From assembly GCF_964204645.1 (NCBI RefSeq), contig NC_134027.1, forward strand, positions 22,840,560 to 22,904,559: a stretch of 64,000 nucleotides of DNA, in the 5' to 3' direction. Position numbers and translations under genes: made by a program. Under the pieces are notes generated by a model. The model saw nothing but the letters and a program-made list of their open reading frames with translations, was not told the origin of the DNA and made no database searches. Origin of the DNA: Tubulanus polymorphus (Eukaryota > Animalia > Nemertea). Of the stretch, positions 38,455 to 50,000 are shown piece by piece; position 1 is the stretch's first letter; each line of letters starts with the position of its first letter.

Positions 38455-39983
38455 ATGTATAGAAAGGTAAGAATACTGGGCTATTTCATAACCTTAATCA
38501 AATATCCTTATACATGTATACACCATTAAAGTCTTGGTGATCTTTTTCGATTAGCTATAACTATCGTTGTATTTTGCAAGAATTGTATAAACATGGAAAT
38601 ATGCCATGAGTGTCATTACCTCACATGTATCCTCAGCGGCTTTTCAGTTCAGGATATTTGAAAAAAAAAATTGTTCTATTTAAGATACAGATGGGTTTGG
38701 CAGCGATTGTGGTGTTATGTCTAATGATGTGCAGGGGATTAAACGGTAAATAACTGAATATAGATATATAACTACGGAAATAATATAACGTCGTGAATGT
38801 AGGTTTGTAGGTGATGATGAGAAGATCTAAATAATATACAAACTTTATTGTCAAAGTGTTACAATATCTAAATTTGATATAGCACAACACTTTAATCAAG
38901 GATACGCATATACCAGTTAGGTTTCTCAAATCACGTGGGTTGAAATGAGGGGAAAATTGATTCGAGGAAATAAAAGAAAACTGAACTGAAAAGGGAGTAA
39001 TCGGATATCTCGGCCCAAATCCGATTTTTCTCAAAACTTGGAAAAAATATTCAAAATGAGGATTTTTCTTTTGTTCAAAGAATTTTTCCAATGTCCAAAT
39101 GAGGCAGGCTTCTGTACATATTTACGATTCATAAGAGAAATGGTATGGAAAATAATTATTGAATATTTTCAGGAGAGCTGCAGAATTGTATAGACGCAGC
39201 GGATACGACGATCACGACAGTTGCAACACCGGCAGTTGTAGAACAGGGTGGCGCAACTCACGTACAATGTCAGGTCTCGCCACCCAGTAAAGCTTTCTGC
39301 AGTCACAGAATGACATTCAGTAGCCCTTCAGTACAGTTCCATTTCGATAAGACAAACTGTCCACGCGGAGCCATCTCTGAATCCCGGTACACTGCGCAAT
39401 GCAACGTCACAGCTGGACGTTATGGTATACGTATCACTAATGTAAGGATAGCTGATGCTGGACGGTGGGAATGTAACTACATGAACATGTTCCAAGGAAG
39501 TGGAACAGTATTAGATGTAGTAGGTGAGAATGACAAATAATTCAACAAAATTTCATTTTTGAAGGAACCGCTGAAAGTGAAACATTTGCCATCAACATAT
39601 GTTGTTTACTTTATAAACGTATCTGCTTGATATCTATTCAACTATGTTTTCAAATAAGACGTAAAATCTCATTGTTTTTAAACGTAGTTTCTCATTTACA
39701 GTACATCTCAGTGGACCAGTTCTTACATTTCGAGCAACCACTGCCTACAAAAACATCGTCACAGTACATGAGAATTCACCATTAACAATCGCATGTGACG
39801 GTTCATACTTTGGTGCTACAGGACTGACGTATAGATGTAGTGGTGTCAATCTATCAGGACAGTCTAATAATAAACTCAGTTTTACACAAATCAGGAGAAC
39901 TGATTCGGGTGTTTATACATGTTACGTAACGTACAGTAATCTAAACGGAACAAAGACTGGTAGTATTACTATCAATGTTCAAT
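38455..39983 (+). CDS. G5, 5' part: start exon, signal exon, intact V exon and second Ig exon; interrupted downstream by the Gypsy element
   Basis: Exons 38455-38466, 38691-38745, 39173-39523 and 39702-39983 are all open. The conserved Trp of Ig2 is replaced by Cys (YRCSG versus YKWSG). No further Ig, FN3 or TM exons were found. Confidence 0.7.
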
Positions 39984-40279
39984 GTAAGTATATATTGTGT
40001 TGTCTAAAAAATTAATTTACACATGCGTTTTATCTATCTTAGCAAAAAACTTTGTTAGATTTCTGCATTGAATGATACTTACATGAGTTAAATTCAGTAG
40101 TATATACCTTCAAAGACCACTAATTATAAGTGACAGAAGAGGGTCAATTGATTATAAAATTTTAAAAATACCGGCAGTGAAAGGGGTGAATTGCTGCTAG
40201 TCGTCACAACGCATAATTAGATAGATGAAATAAAACAGTTAAGGGATTGAATGCTGAACAAAACTCATTAGCTTCTCCG

Positions 40280-40480
40280 GGGTCGGTTGCATAGTCAGGG
40301 CTTAGACTTAAGGCCAGTCTAAGACCAACTTAGTTCTATAGCCAATCTAACAACCTAAGACCAGTCTTAAAATTTAAGACCATTTGTTGACTTAAGTCTC
40401 ACCTGAGGAACCAGCCCCAGGGGCTAGTTGCACAGTCGTAGACTGGTCTTAAGTCTAAGCCATGACTGTGCAACGGGCCC
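40280..40480. mobile_element. Two adjacent related MITEs (GGGYC/GGGCT termini, CNG target sites)
   Basis: gggtcggttgcatagtc...aaccagccc, then cag, then gggctagttgcacagtc...gactgtgcaacgggccc, then ctg. Internal agacttaag palindromes. Confidence 0.55.
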
Positions 40481-40803
40481 CTGTAGTTTAAAATGGAGTT
40501 CATCTAAAATGTCGCTTTTTAATTTTCAGATTTTATCCTAATCAGAAGATATTGCTATCACTTTGAGCTATTCTGTGTTCGTTAACCAGAGATCCGAAGA
40601 ATATCTTTGAAATTCCGAAAATAAAAAAGCAGATTTGTTTTAGCCATGACTTTACTGCCGTAGATTCTGTGATTGAAATCGAGGCAGAAGGGTAGACAGA
40701 ATCTTGGAAATAAACGAACGCTTTACAAATGCCCTTAAACACCTATTTAACAAACGCTTTACAAACGCCCTAAAATCGATTTCATTTAAAAGGCTATCTT
40801 TCG

Positions 40804-41412
40804 TGTAACAACTGTCTTTTTCTTGTTGTCCCTTTCACATCTGATCAACACCAAGTGCAAGTTTAATCTATCATGAATTTTATTGATGACTTCTTTTCTT
40901 TTTGCGGCAGCTTACAAAATATATTTCTATCCAGAGAGTTTGGTCAGAACTCTTCTCCCAAGTGTAAAATTTTTGGCCTATTTATACTAATCTATCTTCC
41001 TGGTATCTAAGTTATGATTCAGTATTTCCCAGAAAACAATTATTTTTAATAGACAACGTCCGGATGGGGAAAACCAAAGTTCGATGGGGAAAACCCAACT
41101 TCGATGGGGAAAACCAATTTTCGATGGGGAAAACCAATCTTCGATGGGGAAAACCAGAACAATTATTTTTTGATAGACAACTCTACCCGGAAAACCCGAG
41201 AGTAAAGTTACAATTTTTTGAGAGAACTAATTTTTGTGAGCATGATTTATGATAGGGAAGTTGATAATATTTAAGAGCTTTATATTTTTGTGAACATGAT
41301 TTATGATAGGGAAGTTAATAGTCTTTGACAGAATATCTAAGATATTTAATTATTTAATGAATTTATACCAGGATGATAGATTTAGTAATGTGACGATGAC
41401 CGCGTCGTCACA
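40804..41412 (-). repeat. Putative 3' LTR of the Gypsy element
   Basis: On the - strand a PPT (gaagaggggagcca) is followed directly by TGTGAC (41412) and the segment ends ...GTTACA (40804). It contains TATAAATA (~40985), AATAAA (~40880) and five ~20-bp repeats (gatggggaaaacca, 41063-41157). There is no second LTR to confirm the ends. Confidence 0.5.
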
Positions 41413-41861
41413 TGGCTCCCCTCTTCACGAAAAAAAAATCTTGATTTTTTTTCAGTCAAAAGTTTACATAATATTAAAATAAATGCAGCAGATTTTGTTT
41501 CTGTTACAATATAATGAATCACATAATCAGAGTAAAGTCCAAATTTTTCTTTCACATCAGGTTAAAGTTCACATTCTTTCCTTCACATCGGATAAGAGTT
41601 AATATTTGTTCTTCACATCGGATAAAAGTTCATATTAATTTTTCTATCTTCACGTCGGATAAAAGTTCATTTCGTAAAAACTCGAGTATACATATCATAT
41701 ATATAGTCCAATAAAAAAGTTTAGTGTGGCATTCGACGATTTTGTCTTCGTATTATGCGGAACGATCAATCCTTACGATAGCGAAAGTAGATACAACTAG
41801 ATAATCATATCTCTTTTCACTTTTCTAACAATGTGGTAATCGAGTACCATCATATCACACG

Positions 41862-43348
41862 GGTAGGGTCTGAAACACGGCCCCGGCCCCGGCCGCGGCG
41901 GCACACGTCTTAAACACGGCCGCGGCCGCTCTTTTATTCGCTTAAATGGTCAAATGAAAGAAAAAAGAGATTTTCTACTATCTATCAAAAGTCCAAATAT
42001 AGACTATTTCAACTTTGAACGGTTTAAGCTTCAATCGACTCTGTCATTTTGCCCCAAACCAGATGCTTATCTGCTATGATTTTCAGAAAATGGACAAACA
42101 AACAATAGTGTTCATTTTATCCCACAATGATCAACTAGTGATCAATACATAATATTCAACAACAAAAGAAAAAACAGGCAACAAAACATACTCTCACCCA
42201 AATTAGAATCACCAGTCGAAGGAGGTTAATAATTCAGTTTCCCCAAAGTAAATTATCCATACGAGCTTTTCGGGTATTGTGTGGGTGACACATTTAAGGT
42301 AGAAAAGTTGATTTGTTGGCACAAAGTAATGCACTCTCAATGCAGGTCTTTACTTAACCTAAGAACCAAAAAAGCCTAAGGCCCCTGAAATATTGAGCCG
42401 CTTCTTCGTGCGGTCTGTCAACTACCATGGTCAGATTAACATAAATACTGCATGTATGCATAAAAAATTTGAAAAATTAATGAAAGGAGCCTGTAAATTA
42501 CGTGTGGAACTTGTAATGCTATAACGCGGAGCGTTATCTCAGGGGTTTCTTAGTTGAATAAAATCGATTAAAAGAGACTGTTGTCTTGGCGAATCAAGAG
42601 TGGTCACCTGGAGATAGATAAAACTAACTTTAGAGAAAATCAACAATCTTGATTTTAAGGCGACTTGTTAATTTGTAAACTATGAAACATTTCATAGAAA
42701 TGCATTCAAACCTTTTAGGGTGATTTTGCTAAAATCTTACTTTCACGCAAACAAACCCAAAAGACTGCAAAACATCTCCGCCAGTCTGGCAAACGTAATA
42801 TTAAGGATTCATTCAAGTATGATAAAATAACTATAGGCCCTATTTGGGGATCTTAAGTTTATGGATCTTAGGTTTAGCATGTTATGTCAATATATAGCCT
42901 CTTGTCTATAGTGTCATCTGATTCTCCATGAAACCTTTTTTCCTGTGGCAGATTTAGGGGGTGGTCTTGGGGTCCAGATTCCTGCCTTCCCACTGATATT
43001 ATAGCCACTACATAAAAAACTCATACTAACTAAATGTATTATCTTATCAAAATTTGATTATAGCTCATCGCAAAGCAAAAGGGTAGATAGATAGGCATCT
43101 GGTTTGGGCCAAAATGACTGAGTCGATTGAAGCTTAACCGTTCAAAAGTAAAATAGTCTATATAGAGAGAGAGATAGATAGTAGAAAATCTCTTTTTTTC
43201 TTTCATTTGACCATTTAAACGAAAACAAAGAGCGGCCGCGGCCGTGTTTAAGACGTGTGCGGCCGCGGCCGGGACCGGGGCCGGGACCGTGTTTCAGACG
43301 TGTGGCCGCGGCCGCGGCCGGGGCCGGGGCCGTGTTTCAGACCCTACC
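41862..43348. mobile_element. Non-autonomous Mutator (MULE)-like DNA transposon, ~1.49 kb, inside the Gypsy 3' UTR
   Basis: ~215-bp imperfect TIRs (GGTAGGGTCTGAAACACGG... / ...CCGTGTTTCAGACCCTACC) and an exact 9-bp TSD, TATCACACG, at 41853-41861 and 43349-43357. Confidence 0.8.
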
Positions 43349-43842
43349 TATCACACGCGCATACATTACACACGCGAACAAAGAAATTCTCGCGACGCGC
43401 GATCACGATTCCAGTGACGTGTCTCACCTTCCAGTGATGCGTTACGCCACGAGCCGATTATGCATGAGGTGTTGCATTCCCAAGAACTCGGAATAGTGGA
43501 AATTACCTTATAATTATATCTTTATTAAATTTATTAAAAGAAAAAAAAAACCCATAGCCACGATAAAGAAAATTGCAAGACACAAGTTATAAAAAAAAAA
43601 TCCTTCCCACTAAATTGCTGTAATGATCAACTGCTACCATATACATACATATTCATAACATATCAAATAAAGTCAATTAAAAGTATATACCATCAATATA
43701 TTCTGGGAATTAAGTCCCTCTTTGTCCGTAAGAATAGAATATTTAGCACTAGAGACTAACATAAGTTTATCCATTCTACTCTACTATAGTGACTACTACG
43801 GATTGAACACACGACGCAATGAAATTAGTCGCTAGAATTTGT

Positions 43843-44304
43843 TTAAGGAACTAACTGAGGGTATTCTTCGTTACACATTTGTGGAAAATTAGAAAGCATG
43901 GGGGCACTGTTAGAGGTACTTTGGGACTGTGGAAGACCCCCCATTCTCAACGCATTCCCCAGCCAAGGTTCCCTGCGTTCATATCTCCCGCCCGGAATTG
44001 GAATTAATAGATCATTATATTTTATCCATAGAAACATCCCAAAAGGCCTACGAAGTAGGTATCGAACAGCCCATAATTGGCAAAATGGCAGATATATACG
44101 CTCGGGTGCATCTGCTACAATTTCGTCATTCATCCGTATATAAGCAAAATTTCTATTCCACGTGATTCTTAGGAAATGAAGGAACCCCTCTCTTTCTAAC
44201 TCTATTGCCGGATATATTATCTGGGTCAGATCCATGGCTAGAGGATGACCCTGCGTGGTATACAACGAAATAAAAGTACTCACATCCCCACTAACTAATT
44301 CCAA
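43843..44304 (-). CDS. Gypsy accessory ORF downstream of pol (unknown function, possible env-like remnant)
   Basis: 153-aa open frame on the element's sense strand between the chromodomain and the 3' UTR. Its 5' end abuts an (AT)n microsatellite. Confidence 0.45.
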   Translation of the reverse strand: MELVSGDVSTFISLYTTQGHPLAMDLTQIIYPAIELEREGFLHFLRITWNRNFAYIRMNDEIVADAPERIYLPFCQLWAVRYLLRRPFGMFLWIKYNDLLIPIPGGRYERREPWLGNALRMGGLPQSQSTSNSAPMLSNFPQMCNEEYPQLVP

Positions 44305-44325
44305 AGTGACTTCTTTTATTTCTCG

Positions 44326-44374
<49 letters not shown>

Positions 44375-44450
44375 TTTCTTTATATATTATTTACTCAATT
44401 AATGGTTATTGGTAATAAATTAGTGAACTTTCTTTTTACCCTAATGTAAA

Positions 44451-44675
44451 CTACAGTCTTCTCTTTCGTGTATGTTTGCGTTTTTTCTGAAAGGTTTCTT
44501 CTAAAAGGTGTTTGTCGAAGATATAACATTCAGGTTGCCAAGTGTTTTCAGAGTCCGGATACCCTTTCCATTTTATGAGATATTCCATCTTTTTAGTTGA
44601 CTTATTCAATCTGGAACGGACAAATCTTTCTACTTGATAAATCGGATCTCCATCTTCACTATCACTACTACTCAA
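44451..44675 (-). pseudogene. Gypsy chromodomain (integrase C-terminus)
   Basis: YQVERFVRSR...MEYLIKWKGYPDSENTWQPE is a canonical chromodomain signature. Confidence 0.85.
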
Positions 44676-46130
44676 TTCGTTATTTTTGAATTTTTCTCAT
44701 CAGATTCTAATTCTTGATTTAAATCTTCATTATGTTCTAATTCTAAATTCTCATTAGCCCTTTCAACTTCTAAATTTTCTGATTCCACATCTTTGTCATC
44801 GACATAATCAATATCGATAAGTCTATCATCGGGATGCGTATACGGCTTCATTCGATTAACATTGACTACTTGTTCTGTTGGTTTATTTTCCCTTACATTG
44901 TAAACCTTATAAGTCACATCTGACATCTTCGAAAGGATCACAAAAGGACCGGTAAATTTATGCGCAAACTTTCGCATGACATCTTTCTTTAAATGTGGTG
45001 AAAAGATCCATACATAATCACCAGGGTTTTACGATCTAGGATTGCTTTTCTTGTCATATTTTTCTTTCATTCTCCTTTGTGACCTTTCAAGGTTGTCTAA
45101 TGCTATTCATTGGGCTGTATGAATACTTTCAACAATATGCTCTAAATATTCGCGGTCGGAACTGACTAATTTGGATTGTACTCCTAAAGCAACATCAGCT
45201 GGCAAAACCGGTTCTCTCCCATGCATCAAAAAGTATGGTGAAAATAACGTGGATTAATTACAAGGGCTACATCGATATGCAAAGAGACAACCTGGTATAA
45301 ATTTGTCCCAATCCTTTTGTTTCGTTCCTACATACATAGATAAAGAATTACACAATGTTTTATTAAATCTTTCTACTAATCCGTCACACATGGGATGATA
45401 GGGTGTAGTTCTAACTTTCTGTGTATTAAATAGAGCACAAACTTCCTTTATCAAATTAGACTGAAAGTTCTGACCCTAATCAGTGAGCAACGTTTTAAAA
45501 ACAACCATACCGACAAACTATAATTTCATTATATAGTATCCTAGCAACGGTTACTGCCTCCATATTCTCTAACGCAAAAGCTTCCGGGTATTTCGTCAAA
45601 TAATCAGTACATACCTGGATATAACTCTTCTCAGATGATGTTTTCCTTAGTGGACCTAAGAAATCTAAAGCTATTCTTTCGAATGGACCTTCTACTTTTA
45701 TAGGATTTAATGGTGCTTTAGTCGGATGCGGTAATGGTTTGCGAGTTGCACAGTCTTCACAACTTTTAATCCAATGGGTGGTATCTGCATACATACCCTT
45801 CCAGAAATATCGTTGTTTCATTTTCAAATATGTTTTTGCCTGACCGAAATGTCCTGCTGACAAATCATTATGCGTCCAATATAAGACTTCTGATCTTAAA
45901 GATTTAGGGATTACTGTCCGTTCATAAGCAATTCCTTTGTCTACTTTGAAGTGTTTTAATATATCATCTTTTATGAAATAATCTTCACTTTCAACTATTA
46001 ATCGTCTTGCTTCAACTTCGTTATCAGGTAAAATACCATCAATTAAATAATTCATCATCTTACTTAATTCCTTATCTTCCTTTTGCTTTCTTGAAATTAA
46101 AAGTCTCCTCAAGGAGCTCTGTTGTATCAA
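44672..46130 (-). pseudogene. Gypsy integrase fragments
   Basis: HHCC zinc finger (THNDLSAGHFG...CEDC), ALDFLGP, TPYHPMCDGLVERFN and the GPF motif. Split by frameshifts and a stop (LTD*GQNF). Confidence 0.9.
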
Positions 46131-46582
46131 TATTCAGTAGTTGGCGATTCGTGTTTAGAAAACCAGAGTTTCTATATTGTTCAGTTTCATAACTGTCATC
46201 ATCATTACTTTTCACACTTTAAGAATATCACGACTATCTTCTGGTCGCGTTTCACTAATAATTACCTCTGAGGGTTTAATATTAACCTCCATGTGCTTAC
46301 TATCAGCCACCATGTGATTATCTAATATTCCCTCTCCGGGATATATTGTCACCTCAACAGGGTTTTCTTTAAATACAGCCTCTTTGCGTGAAATAACTAC
46401 CTCTATGGGTTTTTCATTTAACACAGCCTCGTCAGGCGAAATAACTACCTCTATGGGTTTATCATTAAACAAAGCCTCTTTGGGCAAAAAATTGACCTCG
46501 AGTCAGTGGGTCTTATTAAACTGGAGGGTACCTCTCCATTTTCTGGCTTAGTCAGCCGAAACATCCTCCGGTCCTTCCTGGC

Positions 46583-47010
46583 TGTAAGGAATAATTCCTG
46601 AAATTCTGCTTTATTGTATTCTGTATACTGTATTTGATATATTTCTATGGTTGTTATTTCATGGTTTCTGGTCATGGTAATTCTATAGCCTGAGAATTTG
46701 TATAGTTCAATAGATATATCAGATATTGAGATTTTTGGTCACTTGTTATATGGATTTAGACCGGTAAGGTTGTGTTGCTGTATTTGAGTAAAGGGTGAAG
46801 ATTTAAATTGAAGGTTTAGACAGCCAAATATTACGGTAAATTGCTAATATAAAGATATTCTCTTATGTCAATAATTATACAAATTTATTTATGGTAATTT
46901 TCTATTTGTTTGTAGTTAATCGTGCATCCGTGTTTGTGACGTCTGAAAATAAATGTCCTAATGATTTTTTGCCACGGAACATGAATCTTACGTATCGGTT
47001 GATCTTCACA
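46583..47010 (+). repeat. BEL 5' LTR
   Basis: tgtaaggaat...gatcttcaca. Near-identical to 52967-53394; I found one mismatch by eye. Confidence 0.95.
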
Positions 47011-47026
47011 TTTTATTAACGTAATA

Positions 47027-50000
47027 ATGGCTACAGCAGCAACTGGCCAACAAGATGTTAGGCCAAAAGAAACAAGAAATAGGTCGCTGACCGAAAAAGG
47101 TGTCGAATACCAGAAGGAGAATAAACTGAAAGATAGAAAAAGTCTCCTGAAGAAGCTGAACATCTGTCTAGTACTCTTCTGTCAGTTATTGAGCACAGTG
47201 ACTATGATGTTGTCCAGAATTCATACAAAGACTGGATCAAGACGTACGAGAATTTCTTGCAAGTTTCAGATGAGTACTGTCTTCTACTCAGTTCTAAAGA
47301 AAAAGAGAATTTGTCGGTCGAAAGTAACGAGATGAATACATACTTCAACCAAGTCAAAATGGCGGCTGAAAATACTTTGTCGGTACTCGCAAGATCGAAA
47401 CGGTCTGCTGAATCCAGGAAGTCTGTTAGATCAAAAGCTAGTTCAGTACGCTCTGATTTGAGTAAGGGTAGCTCCATAATATCTGCTCGTTTGAAAGAAG
47501 AACAGAGAAAAGCAGAGCTTAATGTCTTGCTGAATAGTATGAAGAAAAAACAGACTCTTGAGCTTGAGAAATTGCGGCTGAAACAACAAGAAGAGTTTTT
47601 AGATTTGAATACGCAGCTGGAAGTTAGTGAAGCGAAGAGTAACGTGATTGAAACACTTTTAGATAGGGAATCGAATAAGTCAATGATTGATGATAAATCG
47701 TTCCTTCCTGAACCATTTCCTACATTTCTGAAAAATGAAATAGCTGAAAATGATGGTTCTTACAGACCTTTGAATCCACGTGCTACTACGTTCATGCCAT
47801 CTGATGTCGGAAGCGTTGTTAATGCGGAACCAAGAGGTCTAGATTCGATTGTGAAGCATATCAAAAGGCCGTTTGTTGAAATAAAAAAATTTGACGGAAA
47901 TCCTCTTGAATACCGGCGTTTCATCCGTCAGTTCAATTCTAGAATTGCTGAGAATACGGACGACGACGATGAACGGCTAAACTTTCTCGAACAATTCACA
48001 ATTGGTGAGGCAAATAGAATTGTAACAGGTCTTAGCTATATTGGTTCAACACGAGGATATCAAGCTGTTCTTACAGAGTTTGAAGAACGATACGGTGACT
48101 CGGCGATCATTGCAAATGCTTTGTTAAAGAAAGCTATAAACTGGCCTATGATTAAGTCAGACAACAGTAAAGGCTTGGACGAATTCTCGATTTTCTTGTT
48201 AGAAGTAGAGAATGCTGTGAAAGATATAGATGCATTGAAACTTCTTGAGTACCCTGACAATCTGAGGAAGTTGGTGGGTAAATTACCATGGTCGCTTCAA
48301 GATAGATGGAGAACTATAGTACAGACAACGCGCTCTGCTGGTAATACTATAAATCTGAATACCTTAGTGAGTTTTGTACGGAAGGAGTCAAAAAAGGTGA
48401 ACGACCCGATTTTTGGTAAAGATATGATGGCTGCTGCGTTAGATCAGAAGAAAGACAAAAAGTCTCTGCGAATATCACAGGGTAGCCGAAATACTGTTGC
48501 TGCACAGACGGGGAGCATTTCTCATACGAATCAACAAAACTCATTTAATCTTGCATTGAAGAAACCATGTATATACTGCGCTGGCGATCATGTATTAAAT
48601 GATTGTAAAGACCTGTCTAATGTGGTCTTTGAAGAAAAAATATCTTTTCTTAAAAGAAAAGGCCTCTGTTGGGGTTGTCTCCGATCTGGACATCAGAAGA
48701 GAAATTGTAGATTGAAGATGAACTGTGATATATGTAAACGGTTGCATCCAAGTGTACTGCATGATGATTCTAGGTCACTTCCTGAAAACCCAGCAATTAT
48801 GACACGAAGAGATCAGAATCAGAACACGATATCAGATGTAAAAGATGGAATTCCCTGTGGCGCCATAAATGATGGTGAAAAGAAGACAGATGGATTCTGT
48901 ACTATGGCTATACTTCCAGTTAGAGTGAAAGTGAAGGGAAGAATTCCAGAAGTGATAACTTTCGCCTTCCTAGATCCTGGAAGTAGTATTTCTTTTTGTA
49001 CTTCGTCGTTGTTGAAGCAGATCGGCGGTATTGGCAAGAAAGTGAGATTGAATCTCGACACTATGGCGAGGTCTACAATGCTTGATACTCAGATTGTTCA
49101 TTGTTTAGAAGTCAGAGGTTTGGAAACTGAAGACGTAGTTTTCATGCCTGCTGTTTATACTACAGAGCAGATGCCAGTTTCACCACTGCATGTGCCAACA
49201 GAAGATGACATCCGTAAATGGTCGCACATGAGTGATGTTAAATTGCCTAAGATAGATGCAGAAATTGGTCTGTTGATTGGCAATAATATTGCGGATGCAT
49301 ACACACCGTTCGAGTTACGGACAGGCCCTGCTGGATCACCACATGCTTCCAGAACTAGACTAGGATGGGTCGCCTGGAATGTTATTAGATCTGGTGATGA
49401 AGACGATGATATAGTTACCGACACTGTTGACAAAATCAGCTGTGCTGTGAGTTCTCTTGATCAATTGGTTCAGGAAGCTATAGATTTTGACTTTCCTGAG
49501 CGAATTGCTGAAGATAAAAAACAATGGTCAGTTGAAGATCATAAATTTATGACGATGATGGAGTCCAATGTAAAAATAGAGAATGGACAGTACCAATTAC
49601 CAATGCCATGGCGTGACAAGAATTTGAGGTTTCCCAATAATATTCGGCATGCTGAGAAACGACTGTCAAATCTGAAAAATAAGCTGTTGAAAAATGACAA
49701 GTTTCGACATGACTATAATGTATTTATGGACAATATATTGGCTAAAGGCTACGCGGAACAGGTTCCTAATGAAGATTTGCGTTTGGAAAATGGTCGTATA
49801 TGGTATATACCTCATCACGGGGTATATCACCCCAAAAAACCTGAAAAAGTCCGTGTCGTTTTCGATTGTCCTGCACTTTATGGTGGAGTGTCTTTGAATT
49901 CTCAATTGTTACAAGGGCCAGATTTGACTAACACTTTGGTTGGTGTGTTGATACGTTTCAGACAAGAAAGAACCGCAATAATGGCAGATATAGAATCTAT

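Noticed and set aside
10502-39523. V(D)J-like somatic recombination of V segments
   Set aside because: Each V exon has its own leader exons and ends in an ordinary splice donor. I saw no heptamer/nonamer signals or J-like segments.
43255-43496. GC-rich ORFs (PRPGPGP...)
   Set aside because: These are translations of the GC-rich TIR of the MULE-like element.
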